From: Coraliomargarita sp.
GTDB lineage: Bacteria; Verrucomicrobiota; Verrucomicrobiia; Opitutales; Coraliomargaritaceae
Reading direction: 5' to 3'
Assembly (NCBI GenBank): GCA_965216325.1
Contig: OZ244160.1
Location: 1,728,001 to 1,792,000, forward strand
DNA: 64,000 nt
The position numbers and the translations under genes were made by a program. Each line of letters starts with the position of its first letter. Positions within the stretch are counted from its first letter, which is position 1. The notes under the pieces were generated by a model, which was given only the letters and a program-made list of their open reading frames with translations, did not search any database and had not been told where the DNA came from. Below, piece by piece: positions 55,400-64,000 of the stretch.

Positions 55400-55457
55400 G
55401 TTTTGAAAATGCGTTGCAGTAAAGGCGCCACGACATAACAGTTGTGGCTTACCTGCA

Positions 55458-56480
55458 ATGACGAAAAAGACCCTCCACCGCCAAAACATCGTCGCCTGTG
55501 TCTGGGATTTCGACAAGACGCTCATCCCCGGCTACATGCAGACTCCGATCTTCAAAGCCTATGGGATCGACGAGGAAGCCTTCTGGAAAGAGGTCAACGC
55601 CCTGCCCGCCATCTACGCCGAGCGCGGCACCCGTATTTCGCAGGACACCATTTACCTGAACCACCTGCTCAGCTTCGTGAAGAACGGCGAACTCAAGGGC
55701 CTGACTAACGCCCGCCTGCGCGAACTCGGTAAGGACCTGGTCTTCTATCCCGGTATCATCGAACTGTTTGACCGACTCAAGAACGTCGCCGAATCGAAGC
55801 CCGAATATCAGAAGCACAACATCAAGCTGGAGCACTATATCATCAGCACCGGTCTGGCGGAGATGATCCGGGGCAGCGCAATCGCTCCACACGTGGATGG
55901 TATTTTCGGCTGCGAGTTCATTGAGGCGCCGCTGCCACCGCATTATTCGCGACAGGATGAACTGCCACTGCACATGGAGTTCGAGATCAGCCAAATCGGC
56001 ACCATCGTCGATAACACGATCAAGACTCGCTTCATTTTTGAAATCAATAAGGGCAGCAACAAGAACCCGAAGATCGATGTGAATGCGTCAATGGAGCGCA
56101 GTGATCGCCGCGTGCCAATTGACCGTATGATTTACACCGCGGACGGCCCGAGTGACGTGCCAGTATTCTCCGTAGTTAAAAGCAATGGCGGCAAAGCCTA
56201 TGCCGTCTTCAACCCAGACAGCGAGGCCGAGTTCGCGCAGAATGACGCGCTCCTACACGCAGGCCGCATTCACGCATACGGTCCGGCCGATTATACAGAG
56301 AAAAGCACTTCCGCCAAGTGGCTCCGTATGCACGTGCGCCAAATCTGCGACACCATCGTCGAAGAGTGCGAACACGCCCTGGCCAAAAACGTGCGCAGCG
56401 CACCGCGCCATCTGCACGACGATGATGAGCCCGTACCGGAAGCGCTAGAGCAGGACGTGCCGCAAAAGGAATTGTTTTAA
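55458..56480 (+). CDS. HAD-like hydrolase
   Basis: [23 protein letters not shown]. Confidence 0.85.
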   Translation: MTKKTLHRQNIVACVWDFDKTLIPGYMQTPIFKAYGIDEEAFWKEVNALPAIYAERGTRISQDTIYLNHLLSFVKNGELKGLTNARLRELGKDLVFYPGIIELFDRLKNVAESKPEYQKHNIKLEHYIISTGLAEMIRGSAIAPHVDGIFGCEFIEAPLPPHYSRQDELPLHMEFEISQIGTIVDNTIKTRFIFEINKGSNKNPKIDVNASMERSDRRVPIDRMIYTADGPSDVPVFSVVKSNGGKAYAVFNPDSEAEFAQNDALLHAGRIHAYGPADYTEKSTSAKWLRMHVRQICDTIVEECEHALAKNVRSAPRHLHDDDEPVPEALEQDVPQKELF

Positions 56481-56482
56481 AA

Positions 56483-56544
56483 GTCGCGTAGGCGTCTCGC
56501 CTGCGCACTACAAAGTAGATGAACAAGCAAGATGCCTGTTCTAC
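56483..56544. repeat. Degenerate REPIN-like pair
   Basis: GCGTAGGCGTCTCGCCTGCGC ... ACAAGCAAGATGCCTGTTCTAC. Confidence 0.65.
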
Positions 56545-56616
56545 ATCGCTTAACTTTTCGCTCCTCCGACTTTAAGTTTCTATAAGCTGTGCTAACGTAT
56601 CTTGGTAGACACTCTT

Positions 56617-57067
56617 ATGGGAACATTTGCTGCCATATTTTTAGGTGCGGCCTGCGGGCTGGCTGGCGCGTATGCGATGAATTTCTTCATGCGACGAGTG
56701 AGTGCGGCCTACAGTGAGCGTGTCGATATGATCCAAGCACTTGGTAGCTACTTTACCGGCAATCTCGACAATGCGCGCCAAGTCGGCACCAGCATCCGCA
56801 GGCATCCTCTTCGGAATGCTATATTTTGGGATTATGCACGCCATGGGCGCGCTCGTATTTCCCTACGCAATTTTCTTGGGTATCGGCTTCGGCTTTTTCC
56901 ACGGCTTGGTGATGAGTTATGGGCTTATGTTTTACGCCAGCGAAAATCACCCCATCGAAAAATATCGCAAAGCTACGCTAGAGGAAGGTCTGCTCCATTT
57001 GGTTGGCCACATAATCTTCGGCGGTGTCGCTGGATTGCTCGGAGCCCTATTGAGCTTTCTGTTCTAA
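56617..57067 (+). pseudogene. Frameshifted small membrane protein
   Basis: N-half (MGTFAAIFLG...VGTSI) and C-half (SAGILFG...HLVGHIIFGG) are in different frames, switching near 56795. Confidence 0.65.
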
Positions 57068-57070
57068 GCC

Positions 57071-57132
57071 GATCTTAATCCTCCTCCTAATCATAATCAT
57101 GCCAGAGAGATTAGGAGTAAGAATAAGATTAC
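57071..57132. repeat. Inverted hexamer-repeat element
   Basis: gatctt aatcct cctcct aatcat aatcat ... gattag gagtaa gaataa gattac. Confidence 0.65.
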
Positions 57133-57246
57133 TTCCGAGAAGCGGGCCACGACAAAACCGACAGTTTACTGATCGGACCATGAAGATGAGCCCCAAAACA
57201 CTCCCTAGTCTTTACAGGATGCCTTCATGCGTTAGAACTATGCGCT

Positions 57247-58842
57247 ATGAAACGTGCTTCTTCTTTAATCACACTCTGTACGGCGTTGGCCTCAATCATA
57301 TTTACAGGCTGCGAAACCGCTCAGCCGACTCAAGCGAGCGCTCCAACCCCATCATCCGCGACCACAACCAGCAGCAATACCACGAAGAGCCAAACAGTGT
57401 GGACGGCTGTGCCGAGTGATGCTGCAAAGCCGGCGCCTACAGCCACTCCCAAGCCAGCATCACAGCCAATACCAGCGGAAAAAGCCGATGGCAGCGATGT
57501 CATCATGCGCACCGACCAGCTAAAGGTCACCAAGACAGTCATCCAACCCGGTCAAGTCGGTGAAGAAGTCCGCTATCGCATCGAGCTGTATGCACTCGCT
57601 AACGTAAAAAACGTCCGTGTCACCGAGACCCTTCCAGAGCACGTTGAGTTCATTACCGGAAAGCCAGCCGCCTCACGTGCCGGTTCCGATGTCAGCTGGA
57701 ACTTCGCTAAGATCAGTTCCGGTGAAACGCGCAAGATCGACGTCACCGTTAAGCCGCTGAAGGAAGGTGACTACACCATCGATTCAACCATCACCGTCGA
57801 TAACAATTTTGGCATCAACTTCTTCGCAGGTCAGCCCAAGCTCGAGGTCGAAAAGAAGGGCCCCGCAACCATTGAGTTGGGTGACGAAGGGATTTGGACG
57901 GTCACCGTTACCAACAACGGCTCCGCCGAGGCGACCAACGTGGTCGTCACCGACACCCTTCCCGATGCGTTCCAAGCGACCACTAGCCTCAGCCAAAACA
58001 TCGGCACGATTGAGCCAGGCCAAAGTGCAAGCGCGACTTTCACCGCCAAAGCGGTCAAGCAAGGCGAATTCACCAACAGTGCCACCGCCGATTACGAGGG
58101 CAATACCAGCGAGATCGACGGTAGCGACAGCACACCGATCCGCGTCGTGCAGTCTGGCATCCGCGTGCGCAAGCTCGGACCAGCAGAAGCTTATGTCTTC
58201 AAGCCGACCAAATTCGAAATCTCGATTGAAAATGTTGGCGACACCGATCTGCAGAACGTACGCATCACCGATCTTCTGCCAAAGGGTAGCTCAGTTTCCA
58301 GCACCGGTGGTGGTCGCAAGAGCGGCAACGCCATCGGTTGGATGATTCCAACTCTGCCAGCCGGTGCCAGCCAGTTGATCAGCACCGAAGTCGCCGCAAC
58401 CCAAAAGGGCAAAACGACCACGACTGTCAAAGTGCTCACCGCTAGCGGCCTCGAAGCCAGCGATGCGCTCGACACGAACTGGCTCGCCGTTCCGGGTGTG
58501 ACCATGTCGATCACCGACAGCAAAGACCCCATCCGCGTCGGCGACAAAACCGTCTATAGCATTGAAGTCCGTAACCAAGGCCAGTTCGAACCCGTCACCG
58601 GCACCGTAACCGTTGAGTTCACTGACAAGGTGAAGCCCATCTCCGTCGCAGGCGATGCTCAAGGGGTGATCAAGGGCCAGACCGTGACCTTCCCAAAGAC
58701 CACACTTGAAGCCGGTAAGGACATCAACCTCAGCATCACTGCTGAAGGTGCCAACATCGGCCCGGGCCGCGCAAATCTAAGCTTCAGCGCTGGCTTCCTC
58801 AACGATCCAATCGTCAGCCAGGAAGCGACCAACGTCTACTAA
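57247..58842 (+). CDS. DUF11-repeat lipoprotein, OmcB-like
   Basis: Lipobox FTG-C; four DUF11-type repeats (e.g. [19 protein letters not shown]); [24 protein letters not shown]; ends SQEATNVY. Confidence 0.8.
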   Translation: MKRASSLITLCTALASIIFTGCETAQPTQASAPTPSSATTTSSNTTKSQTVWTAVPSDAAKPAPTATPKPASQPIPAEKADGSDVIMRTDQLKVTKTVIQPGQVGEEVRYRIELYALANVKNVRVTETLPEHVEFITGKPAASRAGSDVSWNFAKISSGETRKIDVTVKPLKEGDYTIDSTITVDNNFGINFFAGQPKLEVEKKGPATIELGDEGIWTVTVTNNGSAEATNVVVTDTLPDAFQATTSLSQNIGTIEPGQSASATFTAKAVKQGEFTNSATADYEGNTSEIDGSDSTPIRVVQSGIRVRKLGPAEAYVFKPTKFEISIENVGDTDLQNVRITDLLPKGSSVSSTGGGRKSGNAIGWMIPTLPAGASQLISTEVAATQKGKTTTTVKVLTASGLEASDALDTNWLAVPGVTMSITDSKDPIRVGDKTVYSIEVRNQGQFEPVTGTVTVEFTDKVKPISVAGDAQGVIKGQTVTFPKTTLEAGKDINLSITAEGANIGPGRANLSFSAGFLNDPIVSQEATNVY

Positions 58843-58865
58843 CCCCAAGTTCAGCTACGCTTTTC

Positions 58866-58896
58866 AAGCCGCCGGGTAAATCCGGCGGCTTTTTTG
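58866..58896 (+). terminator. Rho-independent terminator
   Basis: AAGCCGCCGG-GTAAAT-CCGGCGGCTT followed by TTTT. Confidence 0.85.
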
Positions 58897-58913
58897 TCGG
58901 CTTGCAATTTTTA

Positions 58914-58934
58914 ATGTAATACATAGTTTTACAT
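58914..58934. promoter_or_regulatory. Putative TA autoregulatory operator
   Basis: ATGTAA-N9-TTACAT overlapping a candidate TTGCAA-N16-TAGTTT promoter just before the antitoxin ATG. Confidence 0.5.
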
Positions 58935-58936
58935 AC

Positions 58937-59164
58937 ATGATCAAAAAGCTAACTAAAGTCGGCAATTCCCGTGGCATTATCTTCGATACCGCTCTCATGG
59001 AGCAGGCCCACTTGAAAGAAGGTGACGAAGTCAACGTAACCGTGCACGAAGGCGGCACGATCACATTGACACCGATTCGTAGGCGAGTGACGACTGAGGA
59101 AGTCGTCGATCTAGCCAAAGAGATCATAGATAAGAATGAAGGCCTCTTTCGCCGTCTCTCTTGA
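58937..59164 (+). CDS. AbrB/MazE-family antitoxin
   Basis: KLTKVGNSRGIIF...LKEGDEV; TGATG overlap with the toxin. Confidence 0.9.
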   Translation: MIKKLTKVGNSRGIIFDTALMEQAHLKEGDEVNVTVHEGGTITLTPIRRRVTTEEVVDLAKEIIDKNEGLFRRLS

Positions 59165-59559
59165 TGAGCGATTACCTACATCCCTCCGTTGACCAAGTAA
59201 TCGCAATCCATGCAAACGTCATCGCCAAGAGTGGCGGTTCAGACGGTATTCGCGACAAAGGTCTTCTCGAATCTGCAGTCGCAGCACCACAAGCGACCAT
59301 ATTCGGAGAACCCATTTTCGAGGACGGAATCGAAATCGCCGCTGCATATCTCTATTATCTTGGCCAGCATCACCCCTTCATCGACGGTAACAAACTCGTC
59401 GCTCTCGCGACCTGCCTCGTCTTTCTCTCCCTCAATCGACTACTGTCGAACCTGAGTCTAGACGAAGATGTCTGGGTTGAGTTCACACTGGATGTCGCAG
59501 CGAGTAAATTTACTCGCGAAGAAATGACTATGAAACTTCGCGACTTAATCAGTGAATAG
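59164..59559 (+). CDS. Doc/Fic-family toxin
   Basis: [28 protein letters not shown] (canonical Doc ...GNKR). Confidence 0.9.
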   Translation: MSDYLHPSVDQVIAIHANVIAKSGGSDGIRDKGLLESAVAAPQATIFGEPIFEDGIEIAAAYLYYLGQHHPFIDGNKLVALATCLVFLSLNRLLSNLSLDEDVWVEFTLDVAASKFTREEMTMKLRDLISE

Positions 59560-61332
59560 CTAAATAGCCGCGCCAACCACCGCACGCAGAAATGTCTTCA
59601 GCACCTCCAGCTGCTGCAGCTTCGCAGAGAAAGCCGTGCACCTTGCGACCATCGCTCAACTCAAGTTGGCCAAGCCCTAAAGGCTGCTGAATCGTAGAAA
59701 GAAACTCACCTAGGCTTGCTTTCGGGAAACGCCACTCTTCTGCAGCGATCGAAGTCCCCTCTGCACCCACTCGAATGATTCCGGGGCGATGTGGCGCCGG
59801 CTCCGAGAGATAGATCATCTTGTAGAACGGTGCGGTTTTCACCTCGCCGACGAACTCAGCTCCGAGGCGAAGCACTTGCTGGTTCAAAGCAAGTCCGGAC
59901 ATGTGTGCACCGAGGAGTAAGACTGAAAGGGTGTCATTAGAGGTAGGGTTCGTTATCCCTAACGAACCGCCCGTCTGCTGAGCGGCAAGATGCGGAAATC
60001 CCACCCTACCTTCGGGTCCATCTGCAGCAATCTGCACCAAGGCCTTGTCCGTATCGCGTGGTGCGATCCAAGTAATCCCAAAGGGTAATCCATCCACAGT
60101 TTCGCCTGCAGGTGTCGCGACCGCACAGAGATCCAATAAATTCATGAAATTGGTATAGTAACCCAGCTGTGAATTGGGACCGATTGGATCCGCTTCCATA
60201 TCTGCCAAAGTCGGAAAACCGCCAGCGGTCGGTGTTACAATCGCCGCAAGCCCATCCCACACAGACTCGCTCTCACGCTTCAAGGCTGCCAACTTGTAAG
60301 TCGCGGCAAATGCTTCGCATGCAGAGTTGTCCAGCCCGCCGCCAATGATACTGCGCGTGGCCGGATAGAAATCGTCGGCATTACTTTCGAGGAAGTCTTT
60401 CAGTGCCGTGGTGCGCTCCGAAACCCACGGGCCCTCATATAACAAACGCGCCGCCTTTAAAACGGTTCAAAATCGATCTCAACGATTTCCCAGCCCTTCT
60501 CCTTGAGCCGATCCAAAGCCTTCAGCCAGACGGGTTGATAATCGGCATCCCCGAAGAACAACAACTGCTCCGGCTTCGGAATACCCAACTTATTGGATCT
60601 TGGTAGCGCAACATCACGCGTCGGCTGTGAATAGGCATCCGCAGCATCAAAGCCTTCCGCGACTTTCAAAACAGCCTGTCCGTCCTCAGCGTTGAGTGTA
60701 AAAATCGATACACAGTCCAAAGTTCGGCAGGCAGGAACGACACCACTGGTGCTCAGTCGACCACAGCTCGGCTTCAAGCCCCAGAGCTTATTGAACATCG
60801 CAGGCACACGTCCGGAGCCCGCAGTGTCGGTTCCTAAAGAAAAACTCACGAGCTGCTCAGAAAGCGCTACCGCCGACCCGGAGCTCGAGCCGCCCGGAAC
60901 ACGGTCCGGAGCGATCGGGTTGCGCGGCACTCCATAGGGACTCCGCACACCAACAAGGCCAGTCGCAAATTGATCCAGATTGGTTTTACCCAGAGGAATC
61001 GCACCTGCTTGTATCAGCTTTTCCACTACAGGTGCAGATTCTTCTGGTGTATAACTATACGCCTCGCACGCAGCAGTAGTCGGCACACCCGATAAATCAA
61101 TGTTATCCTTAATTGCAAACGGTATGCCATACAGCGGCAAGTCCGCTGGATCTGAGGACTCCAAGTTTTGCAAATACGGTTCCAACTCATCCCCACTGAG
61201 TTGCGTAATCCAAATCGCAGGGTTGTCGACTTTCTGAATGCGCTCAAGCAACTCATCTATCAACGTTCGAGGCGTAAGCTCACCTGAACGATAGGCACTT
61301 AACAGGCTTTGTATCTCTAATGTCTGCATCAT
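59549..61332 (-). pseudogene. atzF: Allophanate hydrolase, split by a 1-bp frameshift at about 60460
   Basis: [38 protein letters not shown] in the 5' part; [29 protein letters not shown] in the 3' part; adding one T at CCG TTT TAA AGG restores [13 protein letters not shown]. Confidence 0.85.
59943..60009. repeat. REPIN-like element inside the atzF reading frame
   Basis: GTAGGGTTCGTTATCCCTAACGAACCGC ... CCACCCTAC; left arm matches the 26613 element. Confidence 0.75.
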
Positions 61333-61337
61333 GTTTA

Positions 61338-61397
61338 GTAGGGGCTTTGCTTGCGAAGCCCGCTCGTATTCATGGGCTTCACAAGCAAAGCCCCTAC
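61338..61397. repeat. REPIN-like inverted REP pair
   Basis: GTAGGGGCTTTGCTTGCGAAGCCC ... GGGCTTCACAAGCAAAGCCCCTAC. Confidence 0.85.
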
Positions 61398-61403
61398 ATC
61401 AAG

Positions 61404-64000
61404 TTAATTGGGAGTCACACCGAATAGAGCCTGCCCCGGTTGAACTGCTTGGCCCTCCTTGCACAGGCACCCGCTCAGCGTGCCCGCAACTGGTGCATCG
61501 ATCTTAATCTCCATTTTCATGGATTCGAGGACAGCCAAAGTCTCACCCGCTTCAACCGACTTGCCGACTTCACTGACTAGTATCTTCCATACGCTCCCTG
61601 CCACCGGACTCTCAACGGCTTCAGCGCCTTCAGGAAGGCCTGGCCCATCGTCCTCAGCCTGCATGATCTCTTCTTCGACAAAAGTGTCCAGGCCAGTCGC
61701 TTTCCAATGTGCACGCTCATCGTCAAAGGCTACCTGCTGTTGTGATTTAAACTCTGCGATACTCACTTCATTCTTCGCCAAGAATGCTTCGTATTCGCTT
61801 AGGCTGAAATGTCCCTCTTCGATCTTTGGCTCAAAGCGCCCTTGTGGGAAGTCTTCACGCAGCTCCAAGAGTTCCTCAGCGCTTACCGGATAGTAGCAAA
61901 TCTGGTCGAAGAAGCGCAGGAGCCATGGTTTGCCTTCCTTGAACGAAGCGGTGCTGCGATAGCGATTCCACATTTGCACCGTGCGCCCAACAAACTGGTA
62001 GCCTCCGGGCCCCTCCATGCCGTAGATGCACATGTAGGCGCCACCAATGCCCACCGCATTTTCCGGTGTCCAGGTTCGAGCGGGATTATACTTGGTCGTA
62101 ACCAATCGATGACGCGGATCGAGCGGCGTGGCAACCGGCGCACCAAGATAGACATCACCCAGTCCCAACACGACATAACGTGCATTGAAGACTACATTGT
62201 AGACATCCTTCACGGAATGCAGGCCGTTGATCCGACGAATGAACTCGATGTTATCCGGACACCATGGCGCATCCGCACGCACCGATTGCATATACTTTTC
62301 GGTCGCCAGTTCGGTCGATGGGTCATCCCAAGAGAGTGGCAAATGCACGATACGTGAAGGCACCGTAATATCCTCCAGCGCCGGCAATCGTGCATTAGTC
62401 AATTGGATCCAGGCTGCTATCGACTCCGCGCCGACTTTGCCCGGATCGAAGTGGACCTGAAGCGAACGAATGCCCGGCGTGAGATCTTCGACCGCATCAA
62501 AGGCGTCCTGCTTTAATGCCTCGTAGAGCACGTGGATGTGAAAGCGCAGTTTGAAATCGAGCACCATCGGGCCGATCTCGGCGAGCACGTAGGCATCACC
62601 CGCCTGACGAATCACGAGACGATCATCACCCACTCCTTCGTCAACTAGGATCATTTCACCCTCATCCGGAATCCGCACCTGATTCGGCACCTCTAAATCA
62701 GTTTTCAAGGTCAGGATGCTCTCTTCATGAATGCTTCGTAGGATCTCTGCCTGCTCACGAGTTACACACCGAAAGCGCACCTTATCGCCCGGCTTGAGCT
62801 GCCCCATCTTCCAGAGTTCGCTTTGAATTATTGTCGCTGAGCAAACAAAGCCACCGAGACTAGGCCCATCGGGACCAAGGATCACCGGCATGTCACCGGT
62901 AAAATCAATCGCACCGATCGCATAGGCATTGTCGTGGATATTAGATGGGTGCAGGCCAGCTTCACCTCCATCAGCACGCGCCCACTCAGGCTTCGGTCCA
63001 ATCAAGCGTACACCCGTGCGGGCTGAGTTATAGTGCACCTCCCACTCGGCTTCGAAGAAGTCTTGAATGTCGTCTGGCTTAAAGAAATCAGGCGCACCGT
63101 GCGGACCATAGAGCACAGCGATATCCCAAGTATGAGTGAGCACGGGCTGCTGATCAGCCTCCAGGACGTATTGCTCAGCACCTTCGGGTTCCTCACCAAT
63201 GTGCAAGATATCGGCAACTCGTAAGGCCCGTCCGCCGTGGCCACCAAACTGGCCCAAGCTGAAGGTCGAACGGCTCCCCAAATACTTCGGCACATCGATA
63301 CCACCTAAAACACTTAGATAGCTGCGCACCCCAGCGCCGGTTGTCTTGCCAATATCCAGGATGGCCCCGGCCGGCACTTCAAAGGGCTTGTAGAAATCGA
63401 CCGATTCCCCATCGAGAGTGGCGTCCATTGCGGCACCCGTCAGCACGACTGTACATGTAGCGAAAAACTGGATACGCGGACCATTTGCAGTGATCTCCAG
63501 TCCAGCCGCATCGAGATCATTTCCCAGCAGGCGATTACCTAGACGGAACGCAAACAGGTCCATCGGCCCCGAAGGTGGCACACCCACTTCCCAATAACCA
63601 ACTCGCCCGGGGTAATCCTGCACCGTAGTCATCGTGCCACCACGCAGAATTTCAAAGCTGCGCGGTTCGAATTGGTGATCCGCCAACGACTTGGTTAAAA
63701 TGCGACCTTCGCGATACATCTCCGAATCGACGATGGAGCGGAGGTAATAAAGATTCGTTTCAATGCCATCCAGACGAGTTGCAGCTAATGCTGATTCAAT
63801 CGCTTTTACCGCTTGTTCGCGATCCTCAGCATAGACCTGAAGTTTCGCGAGCAATGGATCATAATACGGGCTCACGTCCATGCCTGACTCCAACCAGTGG
63901 TCGCAGCGAACGCCTTCCGGAAAATCGACATTGGTCAACAAGCCACTCGAAGGCTGAAAATTCTTGTTCGGGTCCTCTGCATACAGACGTGTCTGGATTG
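61404..64000 (-). CDS. uca: Urea carboxylase (5' partial)
   Basis: Frame open to window edge ([15 protein letters not shown]), [26 protein letters not shown], biotinyl motif ESMKME; upstream of atzF. Confidence 0.95.
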   Translation of the reverse strand, partial: IQTRLYAEDPNKNFQPSSGLLTNVDFPEGVRCDHWLESGMDVSPYYDPLLAKLQVYAEDREQAVKAIESALAATRLDGIETNLYYLRSIVDSEMYREGRILTKSLADHQFEPRSFEILRGGTMTTVQDYPGRVGYWEVGVPPSGPMDLFAFRLGNRLLGNDLDAAGLEITANGPRIQFFATCTVVLTGAAMDATLDGESVDFYKPFEVPAGAILDIGKTTGAGVRSYLSVLGGIDVPKYLGSRSTFSLGQFGGHGGRALRVADILHIGEEPEGAEQYVLEADQQPVLTHTWDIAVLYGPHGAPDFFKPDDIQDFFEAEWEVHYNSARTGVRLIGPKPEWARADGGEAGLHPSNIHDNAYAIGAIDFTGDMPVILGPDGPSLGGFVCSATIIQSELWKMGQLKPGDKVRFRCVTREQAEILRSIHEESILTLKTDLEVPNQVRIPDEGEMILVDEGVGDDRLVIRQAGDAYVLAEIGPMVLDFKLRFHIHVLYEALKQDAFDAVEDLTPGIRSLQVHFDPGKVGAESIAAWIQLTNARLPALEDITVPSRIVHLPLSWDDPSTELATEKYMQSVRADAPWCPDNIEFIRRINGLHSVKDVYNVVFNARYVVLGLGDVYLGAPVATPLDPRHRLVTTKYNPARTWTPENAVGIGGAYMCIYGMEGPGGYQFVGRTVQMWNRYRSTASFKEGKPWLLRFFDQICYYPVSAEELLELREDFPQGRFEPKIEEGHFSLSEYEAFLAKNEVSIAEFKSQQQVAFDDERAHWKATGLDTFVEEEIMQAEDDGPGLPEGAEAVESPVAGSVWKILVSEVGKSVEAGETLAVLESMKMEIKIDAPVAGTLSGCLCKEGQAVQPGQALFGVTPN

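Noticed and set aside
54365..55438. 357-aa plus-strand ORF (and similar ones at 15613-16425, 24738-25550, 45528-46253, 52462-53178)
   Set aside because: Antisense shadows of conserved genes (prfA, secA, rmuC, ftsK, rodZ) with no recognisable motifs

Overview
Bacterial chromosomal window, most likely a marine Verrucomicrobiota (Opitutia, Coraliomargarita-like). This taxonomy is inferred from a DUF5069-like protein, a Verru_Chthon-cassette-like protein and an OmcB-like DUF11 protein. It is mostly housekeeping genes: folE2, pyk, lnt, secA, cobQ, lemA/M48, rmuC, cydAB, nadC-birA-coaX, a DinB-like polymerase, ftsK, grpE-dnaJ-purN, prmA, rodZ, prfA-prmC and uca-atzF. No rRNA, tRNA or CRISPR array was seen. 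Main signals: (1) a solo Abi_2/AbiF HEPN RNase with an upstream terminator hairpin and an RBS-sequestering hairpin, consistent with an RNA-antitoxin (type III-like) system; (2) a solo AAA ATPase/wHTH gene preceded by two palindromic arrays of 10-bp-phased CTA/TAG repeats; (3) a His/Cys-rich ORF ending in the RAPP ribosome-arrest motif, upstream of a ZnuD-like TonB receptor and next to Fur/Zur and MerC-domain genes; (4) many diverse REP/REPIN-like palindromes plus a RAYT transposase remnant, with several REPs supplying stop codons or C-termini and one inserted in frame inside atzF; (5) inverted short tandem repeat elements of several periods; (6) two frameshifted genes and a Doc toxin with a mutated motif Arg. 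All calls come from reading motifs by eye; no database searches were run.
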